Assembly: GCA_965645245.1 (NCBI GenBank)
Contig: OZ287078.1
Span: 1,054,001 to 1,118,000, forward strand
Source of the DNA: Massalongia carnosa
Lineage: Eukaryota
Direction: 5' to 3'
DNA length: 64,000 nucleotides
A program made the translations under genes and the position numbers. Positions 52,901 to 64,000 of the stretch are shown here, one piece after another; within the stretch, counting starts at the first letter, position 1, and each line of letters begins with the position of its first letter. The notes beneath the pieces were generated by a model that was not told the origin of the DNA, made no database searches, and saw only the letters and a list, made by a program, of their open reading frames with translations.

Positions 52901-54135
52901 CGAGTTATGCTTGCGAAGCTACCTCTGCCATTCGAACTGTGGCGTCCTTGACGAGGGAAAAAGAGGTGGAGGAAATTTATCGCCAGTCCCTTGTTGAGCA
53001 AACTCAAAAGAGTCTGATATCGATTCTCAAGTCGTCCACGCTTTACGCATCGTCTCAATCATTTATGTTTCTCTGCATCGCGTTGGGCTTCTGGTACGGA
53101 GGTACGCTTATCGCTGCCCGCGAGTTTACCATGCTACAGTTCTTCATCTGTTTTTCAGCGGTCATTTTTGGCGCTCAATCGGCTGGCTCAATCTTCTCGT
53201 TCGCCCCAGATATGGGTAAGGCTAAGCATGCGGCGACGGAGCTGAAGGCGCTATTCGACCGAAAGCCGGAGATTGATACATGGTCAACGGATGGCGAACC
53301 GCTCCATCACGTTGATGGAACAATTGAGTTCCGAGACGTTCATTTCAGATATCCCACCAGGCCCGAGCAACCTGTTCTCCGAGGTCTGAACCTTACCGTC
53401 AAACCTGGCCAGTACGTAGCCCTTGTCGGAGCCAGCGGTTGTGGGAAGAGCACGACGATTGCTCTACTTGAGCGCTTCTACAATCCCTTAGCCGGAGGAA
53501 TCTACATTGATGGCAAGGAAATCTCCAGTCTTAAAATCAACGATTACCGAGGCTTTCTTGCACTCGTGAGCCAAGAACCTACTCTGTACCAAGGGACTAT
53601 CCGAGAAAACGTATTGCTCGGTGCGGATCGCGAGGGCGTGCCCGATGAAGCCATTGTACAAGCGTGTAAAGATGCTAACATCTACGATTTCATCATATCA
53701 TTACCGTAAGTCTCTTTTGGCTCGTTCCCGTCTCCCCATTACTTCTTCCACAAAACTAATCATCCTCCTTGCAGCGACGGCTTTTCCACCATCGTCGGCT
53801 CCAAAGGCAGCATGCTCTCGGGCGGTCAAAAGCAACGTGTCGCCATCGCACGAGCCCTTTTGCGTGATCCGAGAATCCTCCTCCTGGACGAAGCCACATC
53901 AGCGCTAGACTCGGAGTCGGAGAAGGTGGTCCAGGCGGCGCTAGATGCAGCGGCGCGTGGGCGCACAACAATCGCGGTTGCGCACCGGCTCAGTACGATC
54001 CAGAAGGCGGACATGATTTACGTCTTCGACCAGGGCCGGGTGGTGGAGAGTGGGACGCATCACGAGCTGTTGGGGCTGGCGGGGAAGTATGCTGAGTTGG
54101 TGAACTTGCAGGGACTGGGGAAGGTAGGGGTGTGA
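49940..54135 (+). CDS. Full-length ABCB (MDR1/P-glycoprotein, AtrD-like) transporter
   Basis: [21 protein letters not shown] and GASGCGKST, two [19 protein letters not shown]. Introns 50351-50406 and 53706-53774. Confidence 0.96.
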
Positions 54136-54711
54136 AGCGGGGCTTAAACTTCCATACGCTTTCGGGGAAGGGCGTTTACAGAGGTGAAGGGTTTGGTACG
54201 TGCATGGCGACGGTGTTTCTCTTTCGACTTGTTTTATTTGTTTGTGTTTCCGGGCAACGTTCCCATTCTACCCCGTCCTATTTTGACTCCTCCTGGAGGT
54301 TTATCCCGGTATAGAAAACCCAGTGCTAATTCTATACCAGGCCTAGCATTCACTCCTCTTTAATATGATACACTTCTTCAATCCTGCACTGAACATTTCA
54401 CTTTCTCGGGCGTTTTTTCTTCTTTTTTCCCCTCCCCTCTCTGGGAGGGGAGGGGGCGAGGAGGCGCACATATACACACCCACATACGATATTCACAGGA
54501 AAAAGGGGAAAGATGGTGGGAGGTGAAGCGCAGAGCGAATAGCCCACATCATTTGACCTATCTATTTTTTCGCCAGCCACCCCTATCTAAACCTTTCACC
54601 CAAGCTTTCAAACGCTCTCTCCCTCGGCCCTTGCATTTACGATCTAAGTTAATCCTCTTTATCATCTCATCATTATCATCATCGCCCCTTGCCCACCCTA
54701 ATATCCATCAA

Positions 54712-55646
54712 TCAGTTCGCCTCCTCGACGCCAAACTCCTCGTGCACGTCGCGCGAGCGCACGCCGCGGCTGTCGGCGATGATGCCCATGAGGCCCGTGG
54801 CCATGTCGCGCGTCTCGTTGTAGGTGTGCAAGAGCCGGATGTGGGTACGCACGGTGGTTGCGGCGGGGTGGGAAGATCTGGAGGAGACGGGAGGGGGTTA
54901 GGCGGGCGGAAGGGGAGAGAATCGGAAATGGAAGGAAGAGGACACGAGATGGATGGAAAAACTGCTTTGGTGAACGCTTGAAACGTATTGGGAAATCATG
55001 GACGAGATTGAAATAGATGTGAAAGGTGGAAAAATTCAGAGTAAGGGCTGTAAGGGAAGAGGATTCAAGCAAGCAAAAATACGAAAATGTTTATGAGAAG
55101 GGGAAGGATTGATGGGGGTGCTGTTCGTGGGATTGGGCATGAACCGACAGCCCGATCCAAAAGGAGAGAAGACTTGACGTTTGGCATGTGGCGAGGATAA
55201 TGTTTATGGTAACGCCGCGTGAAACATGTATCAGATACAAACAGCATCATGCGTCGCGTAAATAATCAAAAAGAAACCATTGCTCCTTCGCTCCCCTCCC
55301 CAGAAAAAAACAAGAAACAGATACGACCCACTTGAGCTTGGCTCGAATCTCCTCCTCCTGCGCTGTGACGTCTGCAATTTGATGTTCTAGTGCGGCAATC
55401 TGCGCCTCCAGATTGGCCTGTTTTTTTTTTTCTCGAGCGGAGGTCGGAGTTAGCGGGGTAGGTATGTATGTACATGTACAATCGATAGATATTTTATCAC
55501 ATGGGAGTATGTGATGGTACAAAGCGGGCACTCAACAGGGATCAGGCAGGACGCACGATCTTTTGCGCTTCGAGGGAGGAGACTCGGGGTTGGGCGACGG
55601 TCAGATCGGGCGCTGGGGGGTGGGGAGAGGGGGTTGATGAGACCAT
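54712..55646 (-). CDS. swi5: Swi5/Sae3-family recombination mediator (S. pombe swi5 sense)
   Basis: Exons about 55646-55557, 55417-55332 and 54877-54712 give ...ANLEAQIAALEHQ...HIRLLHTYNETRDMATGLMGIIADSRGVRSRDVHEEFGV; not called in this frame in the ORF track. Confidence 0.85.
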
Positions 55647-56163
55647 ACTCGGCGGGTTGGTTGATGAGCTGGGGCAGTGGGCAGTGGAGCAGTGGTTGTC
55701 GGTATGTACAGAGGTCGGAGTACAAGTACAAGACATTAGGGTATCGTACCGTACCCTGTACGAAGTACAAATGAGACTAGACCTATGAGGAAAATCGATT
55801 TCACATTTTCATAGGGAAGTTGAATAAAATTCCTCCTTCCTTTTTCCTTTTTCCTTTTTGCTTTTTCGTTTCCGATTCTCTTTCGAATTACTATCGCAAA
55901 CTAGTTAACCGTAACAAGACAACCAAGTACAAAAATTCCGTAGCTTGCTTTCGACCAGACAGGAACGAACGGAACATATACCGTATAATTTCCCATATAA
56001 GCCTGGACTTAACTATTAGCCCCTTTTCGGCTATAAGCCTGTGTTCTAAAATTGAATTTTCAGACCGAGGGGGAGTATTGGGCTATAAGCTCCTAATTCT
56101 TAAGAAGATATAGAGGTACTTAATTTTCCTAGTAATTCTCACTGAATTTGAAGTACCTTCCTA

Positions 56164-58013
56164 TTATTCTTCATCCATCTCGCTGTCGCCGCTATTATCT
56201 TCCCCGCCATCGTTTTCCTCAATATTCGACCCTATTTCATCTCTTAAAACATACTCGTATCCCCCCCTAATATTCTCATCCATAACTACCTTATTTGTCT
56301 CGTCATTTGTCCCCTCATCTGCCCTCTCATCTATTCTCTCAGCTGTCTCTATTTCTTCCTCGTTATTTCGTCTCCAATTTCCCACTTCAATGCCCGGAAG
56401 ATCTTCTACATGCAATTCGTCATCTTCCGATCCATCTATGGCCAGAGAAAGTCCTAATTTTCTAAACGCTCGACGAATTACATCGGAGCTTTCTTCATGA
56501 AATTCCTTCCAAGCTTGTCCAACCCATTGAGTAAGCATGATTCGACGATCCCCCACAGTGTATTTTCCCTGATTCCATTGCTCGAAATGCATGTCGAAAT
56601 GCATGTCGGCCAGCTCCTTTGTTCGATTTTTAATGGGTTTGTTGACTGCTACGTCCAAAACTTGAACGTAGCCGGTGCAGCCCGAGGGGATAAAGGAAGG
56701 GGTAATATTCAACTCTCGAAAAGCATCTCGAACCTACAAATCAGTCAGTTAATCAATTGTTATCTTATCAGATTAAAAGCATACCTCGTCGGTTTTCTGT
56801 CCTCTGAATACGTCTAAAGTCAACAATCGAGGTGTAGCATCTCGAGCATCTCGATTGACGAATCCGACGGTAGCGTACTTATATTGATGTTTTAGCCATC
56901 GAATCATGACCGTGGTATTGCTCCATGCAGTATCATTCCATTGGACCGACACCCCTGTATGATACTGACTTATCTCCTTCTTTATACGACTGTTTTTGAT
57001 TCCGTCTTTTCCCCTGAAGATAAGAAGCGGTTTGCAACGATTTATCCCATCAGCAGAGACGTATATCATTAGTGTAGCTTGTCTTTTATCCCATCCCGAT
57101 CTATGCGTCTTGGCCCATATCGTTTTAGCCCCCTTGAAGTCGTAGGTATGTCCGTCCAGAAATTCGTACGCAATTGGGGTTTGATCCATGTTACCAATAT
57201 CACAAAGACGATATCTTCCCCCTCCGTGCTGTGGAATTTGACCTATTAAGGGCTGAGAATTACGTCGATTGAATTGCAGCCAACTTTCAATAGTGGACCG
57301 CAAATTCTCGGAAACTATCTGTGATTTTTTGGTAACTGCTCGTGGAGAAATACCGACTCGATTCCTGAAGTTATTAAACCACCCAACAGAGAATTTGAAG
57401 CCTAGATACTCATCTCTTTTCCCCGCTTTTCGAATAATTCGATGTGGATACAACTCGGCATATATATGTTTTGCCTGACGTATAATCCATCGTTTATCAA
57501 CCTTCATTCCAGCTTCTCTTTTGTCTTTAAACAGCTCAATCAGCTGTCTTTCCAACTCCGGTTCCTGACAGCCAGTATTGAGAGGTCTGTTTTTTCTGAT
57601 TCCAGTACTCATGTTTTCGATTACGGAGCTTGTTTTTAACCATCTACGAAGCATAGCTAGATCAATTCCTAGATTTTTTGCAGCTTCGTATTTACTAATA
57701 AGCTTAAGAGTTCCGTCTTTTTGAGTCTTCCAAGTTGTTGTAGCATAGTTGATAGCAGCTAACTTATTCTCTCGTGTGTAGGATTTTCTTCGACGAGTGA
57801 TTTCATCATCCGAATTTCTATTAGACACGTCATCAGCCGATTCACGTATCAAACGAAACTGTTCAGTTATCTGAGTATTGTCTCCGAGAGATATCTGAGA
57901 TGACTGTGAATAGCCTGATTTTTTGACACTTGATGCCCATAAGCTTCTGGAAACAACTGATTTTGTACGAGACCGGTACGAGTCTTTTTAGGAGATATAT
58001 GTGGGGGGGCCAT
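56164..58013 (-). pseudogene. pogo DD35D transposase, 5' end apparently disrupted
   Basis: RRKSYTRENKLAAI HTH, FKFSVGWFNNF, NMDQTP, LTLDVFRGQ-35aa-QVLDVAVNKP across an intron at about 56734-56784; a stop or frameshift lies near the likely start. Confidence 0.8.
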
Positions 58014-58020
58014 ATTGAGA

Positions 58021-58276
58021 TGTATAGGAAGGGCAATGTATAGGAAGGGCAATGTATAGGAAGGGCAATGTATAGGAAGGGCAATGTATAGGAAGGGCAA
58101 TGTATAGGAAGGGCAATGTATAGGAAGGGCAATGTATAGGAAGGGCAATGTATAGGAAGGGCAATGTATAGGAAGGGCAATGTATAGGAAGGGCAATGTA
58201 TAGGAAGGGCAATGTATAGGAAGGGCAATGTATAGGAAGGGCAATGTATAGGAAGGGCAATGTATAGGAAGGGCAA
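58021..58276. repeat. Minisatellite, 16 perfect copies of 16 bp (tgtataggaagggcaa)
   Basis: Directly visible; no spacers. Confidence 0.98.
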
Positions 58277-59702
58277 TGATCAAAAAAAGAGAAAATGTAT
58301 TGGGGGGTGGCGGGAAATTTTTTTTTTTCCACCCGTTGTTATAAGCCCCTATTTGACTATAAAAATGATTTGGCTATTAACCCCTTTTGGCTATAAACCC
58401 CCGTTCAAAATCACCTCGGTTCAGTCATCTTAGCTATACGCCCCGAGGCTTATATGGGAAATTATACGATATGAGAGGAGATGCCGAAGCTAATGGAGTG
58501 CTCTGTACTTCTAAACGCTCTCCTCGGATATTACCGGCGATATATAGAGTACATAGATACGTAATATACGTAATTTATTCGCAGAGAAGCTCCTTATCTC
58601 GGGAAATGGGCCTTCGGCACAGAAATCAAGATCTGAGGCCTTTTACCCGTGTTCAGTCTAATAACGACAGAAGTGGTGATTTCATGTTAGTTATGATTGG
58701 CTTTGTTTCTTATTCCCTCCTTGTGGGCTAAATAAACACCTATGCAAGTTAAGTTATTCCGAAGAGGTAATCATATCGCGTACCTTGTATTGTGGAATAC
58801 TCGTGATACCCGTGATGCTTTTTTCAGGTCGAGGATGAAGGATGTTAGTCCCTGCCAAGCCTGAAGAAGTTTGACGAAGAAGCGCGGGTGGAAAGGGCTT
58901 GTGCCTCGATTGATCTTAGCGCATCTCTATCCTTGCACTCGGTCTGCATTTAGATGACGCTACTGTGTAAAGAGCCAGGTTAACGAAAAAGACATTTTGG
59001 TACACCCTTTACGCTTTGCCCTAGTCAGAGTAGCATAGAATCGGTCCCGATGACCCTGAGTTTGCCTGTGCCCTAAGCCCCCAGTTTGCCTGGCTGTGCT
59101 CTAGTGAACCCGTGCATCCATGCTAGCCCATGATGTGAATCTCAATTTCCCCGCTTCCCACTCGTGCATCCGCTCTGCACACTCAACAGCTCAACCCCTC
59201 CCAAAACCCGCCCCCCCACCTAGTATCATCTCCAGCGTTATTTATGCCTTGTGGACAGCGTCAACCCAAATCCAGCACTTGTCGCTTCTGGCTTCAAGTC
59301 TTGGCCTTGGCCTTGGCTATAACTCAGATCCAAAGGCGTAGCTATTAATAAAGACAGCGGAGAGCCCGTCCAACGGGAACAAAGATGGAGAGGGAGGGCT
59401 CCAGGATCCCCCGTTTCCGATTGCAACCTGCTCGGGAACCGCCCGACGCTCCTTTGGCGGCACGGCGGAGATTCGTGCATGCAAGTCCCGAGCTCCTTTG
59501 TCTTGGATATATGTCATATATCTGTGCCTCCCCTCTTTCGGTCTTGTGTATTCGGTGTGTCTTTGTTAGTGTTTGTTTTATATCTCGTTTGCAGGACTCG
59601 TTGCGTTGCTTCGAGTACTGCGTCATTTTCTCGCAAAACTGTCGTTTCGTACACTCACTTGCAATATTGCATCGTCGCATCACGTTCTTTTCCTTCACAA
59701 GT

Positions 59703-61640
59703 ATGCGATTGACCTTGGTTCAGCTGGCCGTGGGGCTGGGCCTCGCCGGCCTTGGCTTAGCGTTGCCATCGGAGGATCTACGGCTTCGGAGCTATTTAAG
59801 CGGACGAGCCTTGACACCCGACAACACGTGCGGGAACATACAAAATGGAAATAATAAGGGATTTACGTGCGATCCGAGCAATGCAAATGGTGGCGGATGC
59901 TGCTCGGCATCTGGATGGTGTGGTGAGGATTCATGAACACCCCTTGACGGATCCCGGGGCTTGAAACTAGACTGACGAGGAGGAATATAGGGAAATCGGC
60001 CGACTATTGTGGTGTCGGCTGCCAGGCGCAATTTGGTATCTGTTCCACCGCGGACGCGAGCCCCGCGAGCATCAACCAATGTGGTCCTACTAATGGCAAC
60101 CTGAAGTGCGCAAGTGGCCTTTGCTGTTCACAAGTGGGGTGAGTCGATCTGGTCGCACGTAAGGCATTGAGCTGATATAGGTTAGCTACTGTGGAAATAC
60201 CACCGACTATTGTGGAGCTGGATGCCAAAGCAATTGGGGAGACTGCAGCTCAAAAGTTAGCGGAGATGGCGCGCCGTGTGGACCCCAATTTGGCAATACC
60301 AAATGTGCTGCGGGACTGTGCTGTTCCCCAACAGTATGTATTCCGATGGCACGTCGTGAAAGTGGCTCACAATCCTTAGGGTTACTGCGGCACCACGAGT
60401 CCCTTCTGTGCCGATCCGGATTGCCAATATAAGTTCGGGGTGTGTGATTCCAACAAGACTCCTGCTGGAGCGTCGACTTTGAATGATGCAAGACCTTTGC
60501 TCGGATCGGTCTCATACACCCAGGATATCATTGATTGCGTTGAGAGCAATGTGGTGGCCTTGACCTATGATGATGGGCCCTATCAGTATACCAGCGGATT
60601 GCTAGACCTCCTGAAGCAATACGGTTTCCGCGCCACATTCTTCATTACCGGAAACAACAACGGCAAAGGTGCCATTGATGTGACCGCTCCGTACCCGAGT
60701 CTAATTCGACGCATGATAGCCGATGGCCATCAGGTTGCCTCTCATACATGGTCTCATTACAGCTTGGATCAGATCTCGTCGGATATGCGCAAGGACCAGA
60801 TGGTGAAGAACGAGCGAGCGATTGCGAACCTTATTGGGAAATATCCTACCTACATGCGACCTCCGTATTCTCAGTGCAGCAGTGCTTCGGGATGCCAGGC
60901 CGACATGCAAGCGCTAGGCTACCACCGAATCTTATTCGATCTCGACACCACCGATTACCTGAACCCGCTCCCAAGCCAAATTGGGAACGCGAAGAATGTC
61001 GTGAAAGCTGCTCTCGCAGACCCAAAGGCACAAGACTATCTCTCTATCCAGCACGACGTGTTGCAGCAGTCCGTCACCACCCTGTCTCCGTACTTCTTCG
61101 ACCTCATCAAGGCCAAGGGCTGGAAAGGCGTGACGGTGGGCGAATGCTTGGGAGACCCTCAAGCCAATTGGTATCGCACACCAGGTAGAAAGCTCTAAAC
61201 CTTAATGCTAACCCCTCTCTCTTTCCTATCTAATAACTTATGTATCAGGCGTTTCATCTCCTTTGGTATCTTCTCCTTCAGCTTCTTCCGGAGCGCTTTT
61301 CACTTCCTTGACTCCTTCGCCTTCTTCGTCCTCCACCAGTTCTTTATCCGTGAGTTATTCATCTACGCGTGCTCCTTCAATCTCCACCCCAGCTCCCGTA
61401 CCTTCCTGCATTGTCAAAGCCGGCACCTTCTGCGGCATCATTCGCCCTTTCACCGACCGCGCTGGCTGCACTTTCAGCAGCAAATCATGTCACGCTCAGC
61501 ATGCTAGCTGCCTCCAGCAAGGCCCCACTTACAAAACCCAATGCGACCAATGGGCCACGGTGTGTCGGAAACTCGCCGACTATTGCCAGTCTTCGGCCTG
61601 CAAGACGCAATGCAATAGCACGGGATTTAGCCCGACTTAA
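59703..61640 (+). CDS. Secreted chitin/polysaccharide deacetylase (CE4) with hevein CBM18 domains
   Basis: Signal peptide MRLTLVQLAVGLGLAGLGLA; three hevein repeats (CCSASGWCG, CCSQVGYCG, CCSPTGYCG); TYDDGP, HTWSH, RPPY, QHD; Ser-rich linker and Cys-rich tail. Confidence 0.9.
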
Positions 61641-62840
61641 TCGAGGTATCCTTCGAGCGAACAAATCTACTTTTACCTTTTTGCGCGTGGTGCGGTTCCG
61701 ACCATTTAAATCAATTTGGGTGGGTGAACATATGGGCACAGGGATAGGAAAGGAGCTATGGATGATCGCGTTTTTATTTTGGTACGATATGTCACTGTAA
61801 TTAACGGTTAGTGTTGGATTATGAAATCACGGAGAACAGCGGGGGGGGTCCTTCTGTGTAACAGTTACACTAGATATATATACACATAGGGAGCTATCTA
61901 CCTAACCCACTTTGCAACCAAACTCTTGCTCTCCTTTTTCTCTCGACAACCGCCTCGCAAGAAGAACCCGCAGGAATCAAAGCACTAATGTAATATGTGT
62001 CCTCCCAAATTTATACATTTTCGGGCTTTTTTCTCGTTCTCGAGTTCTCGATGATACAGAATACATGCAAATACATACTTATAAGCTATGAACAGTAAAA
62101 CTATATCGGCTAGTCCACCCTACATGTCTAGATGGATGGATATTTCTGGCATAGGAAGAGAGTTAAAAGAGAAGAAAGGAGAGAACGAGAGAGAAAGAGA
62201 ACTTCTGTTAGGTGGGCGATACAAGCATGATTTTTACATGAGGGGATATGCTTTGCAGAGCGAGAGTTTGTATTTGGAAGGAAGTTGATGGTGGGGAGTT
62301 TGGGGGAGGGGTGGGCAGTTGAGCCGCTGAACCAGATGAATTTTGAGGGTAACCGAGATTATGTATTCTCTTTGTTTGTGACAGCCATGTGACCAGAAAA
62401 AGTCGGGAATTATAATGGGGAGCTTGAGAGAGGTGGACTGCGCCTCTCTTGCTGCTCTTACGGGAGAATTATGAACGTGGTGTTACGAGCGAACTTGGTC
62501 CTCCCTGGGGTTTATCCCCGATTTGTATGTACGAGGATGGCTCTAGTTTGGACCGGGGTCAACATCCGGCTGTCCCCGGTCTGCAAACTCCCTTATAACG
62601 AAGAGTATGGTGGGCCTCAGCGGGGGTTTCTGTGGCCTTCAACCACGTATTTCAACCATCGGATCTTGCTGTTGCGCTGTAGAAGCCGCTTCTCTTCAAG
62701 GAAGCTTTTGAATGATCCTGCCTTCGGATTGTTATTAAAGCGGGTGGAAGACGGAGGAACCCAGTCATTCTCTCCTTCATGCTCCCGAAGCTTGCGTGCT
62801 GATGGGTAGATTGTTGGTGGGAAAACGAAATTGCCTATAA

Positions 62841-63349
62841 GGCCCCGTTCGGTAACCTCCTTATTGTCAATAAGGAGCCTCCTTCTTGAAAAGATGGAAC
62901 CTCCTTATAATGAAAAAGGCCTTCCGTTCGGTTCGGCCTCCTCCTTATTATTTAAGGAGTCTCCTTCGCGGCAAGTTCTATAATTGGTATATTGCAAAGG
63001 GTCTGCAGGGATTGTTGCAGGGGCCAAAGGAGGTGGTCGCGAGGTCCTTTTTTTATTAAGGAGGGTTCTATTTGCCTGTATTCGACGATTGTATGTCTTT
63101 TAAATATGGAACAATACTTGCAGCGACGATCGCAAACAGCGACGGTTATCAATTTAATCTTGATGAGAATTGTTCCTAATCTAATTCTGACTACTCAGCA
63201 TGAGTCGAATAGAGGCAAAGAATATACGACGAGTTTACTTACTTGTCAATAGCTTCTTATTGTAGCCGCGAATAAGACGCTATAAACGCACGGACATCAG
63301 CTTATTCAGGGGTGCAAAAAGGAGCAGTCTTAATGTTATCGAACGACCC
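62841..63349. mobile_element. Probable PIF/Harbinger-type MITE with TAA TSD
   Basis: taa|ggccccgttcggtaac ... gttatcgaacgaccc|taa; internal ctccttat...taaggag stem repeats. Confidence 0.6.
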
Positions 63350-63368
63350 TAAAGAGTTTCGGTTATTT

Positions 63369-64000
63369 TTATAGCGATTTCTCCAACACTTTTGCCTTCT
63401 TTTTAGTCCCTAGGTTCCTCCACCGCATGTACACAATCCAAACCCCAACAGTAGTAATCGTGAGCAAGCCGCTGACAGCAAAGTATACCCACCATAAATG
63501 TGAGACAACGTTCTCAGCGTTAGCGTCGAAGTTGAAGATCCCTGCACTGAATATGGCCTGCCGGATATCAGTAAATTTATATCTGTGGAAAATAACTGTA
63601 AAGAGGACATACAGCTACAAACGTCCCGGGGAGAAACACCAACGTTAGGATAGAGACGGTTTTCATGGCTAGACTGTCGCGTTTCGCAGCTGCGGCAATT
63701 TTCTTGGAATCTTTGGCTATAGAAATGTTGGCTTGATTGTCTCGTTGGGAAATCATGCTGTATATCTGCAATAAATCAGTAGGTTACTTTAGCAAAAAGA
63801 TAACCTATCATTCACCACGTTGATCTGTGACTGCACCCGTCGTTGCAACGACTGAGCCTGGTATCTTCGCATATCGGATGCGTTGAGCAGGTAGTCGATA
63901 CTTTCTGACAAACCGTTCTGCACGTCCTCTCCAATGGGTTCACACCCTCTATTGGTGCGAACTAATTCAAGCTTGACAAGTGTCTCCTTTATAAACTTTC
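63369..64000 (-). CDS. 3' part of fungal protein with CorA-like C-terminal 2-TM region, partial
   Basis: IYSMISQRDNQANISIAKDSKKIAAAAKRDSLAMKTVSILTLVFLPGTFVA/AIFSAGIFNF...WWVYFAVSGLLTITTVGVW...KSL*. Confidence 0.75.

Larger units (their letters stand above)
55981..58469 (-). mobile_element. pogo-superfamily transposon with Tc2-like CCGTA termini, TA TSD
   Basis: 24-bp TIRs ccgtataatttcccatataagcct / aggcttatatgggaaattatacga; TA at 55979-80 and 58470-71; subterminal gctataagccc-like repeats. Confidence 0.92.

Noticed and set aside
58021..58276. CRISPR-like array, and the repetitive ORFs 57863-58332
   Set aside because: Head-to-tail identical 16-mers with no spacers, no cas genes and a eukaryotic context; the ORFs are by-products of a stop-free repeat.
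49940..61640. Secondary-metabolite cluster around the ABC transporter
   Set aside because: No PKS, NRPS, terpene synthase or tailoring genes in the window.

Overview
Intron-containing filamentous ascomycete (Pezizomycotina-like) genomic DNA. The window holds about 17 host genes: SARAF 3' end, BDP1, BRE1, RVS161, SAT4/HAL4 kinase, CaMKK, BET5, eIF6, a membrane protein, RAD23, SMP3, SKP1, RPL39, an ABCB/MDR1 transporter, SWI5/SAE3, a hevein + CE4 deacetylase and a CorA-like TM protein. Many DNA transposons lie between them. The main observation is a transposon family encoding a Tc1/IS630-type DDE transposase but with CAC...GTG termini and 5-bp target-site duplications (CCGTT, ATTGG) instead of TA. 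It occurs as two long copies plus a probable MITE. One copy is a 9.7-kb nest containing a non-canonical (Helitron2/HLE2-type) Helitron, which itself contains an apparently intact pogo/Fot1 element. Also present are a canonical DD34E Tc1 element, a Tc2-like pogo with a 16x16-bp minisatellite, a truncated pogo and a probable PIF/Harbinger MITE. Gene names come from recognising motifs by eye, not from database searches. Internal exon boundaries are approximate unless stated.
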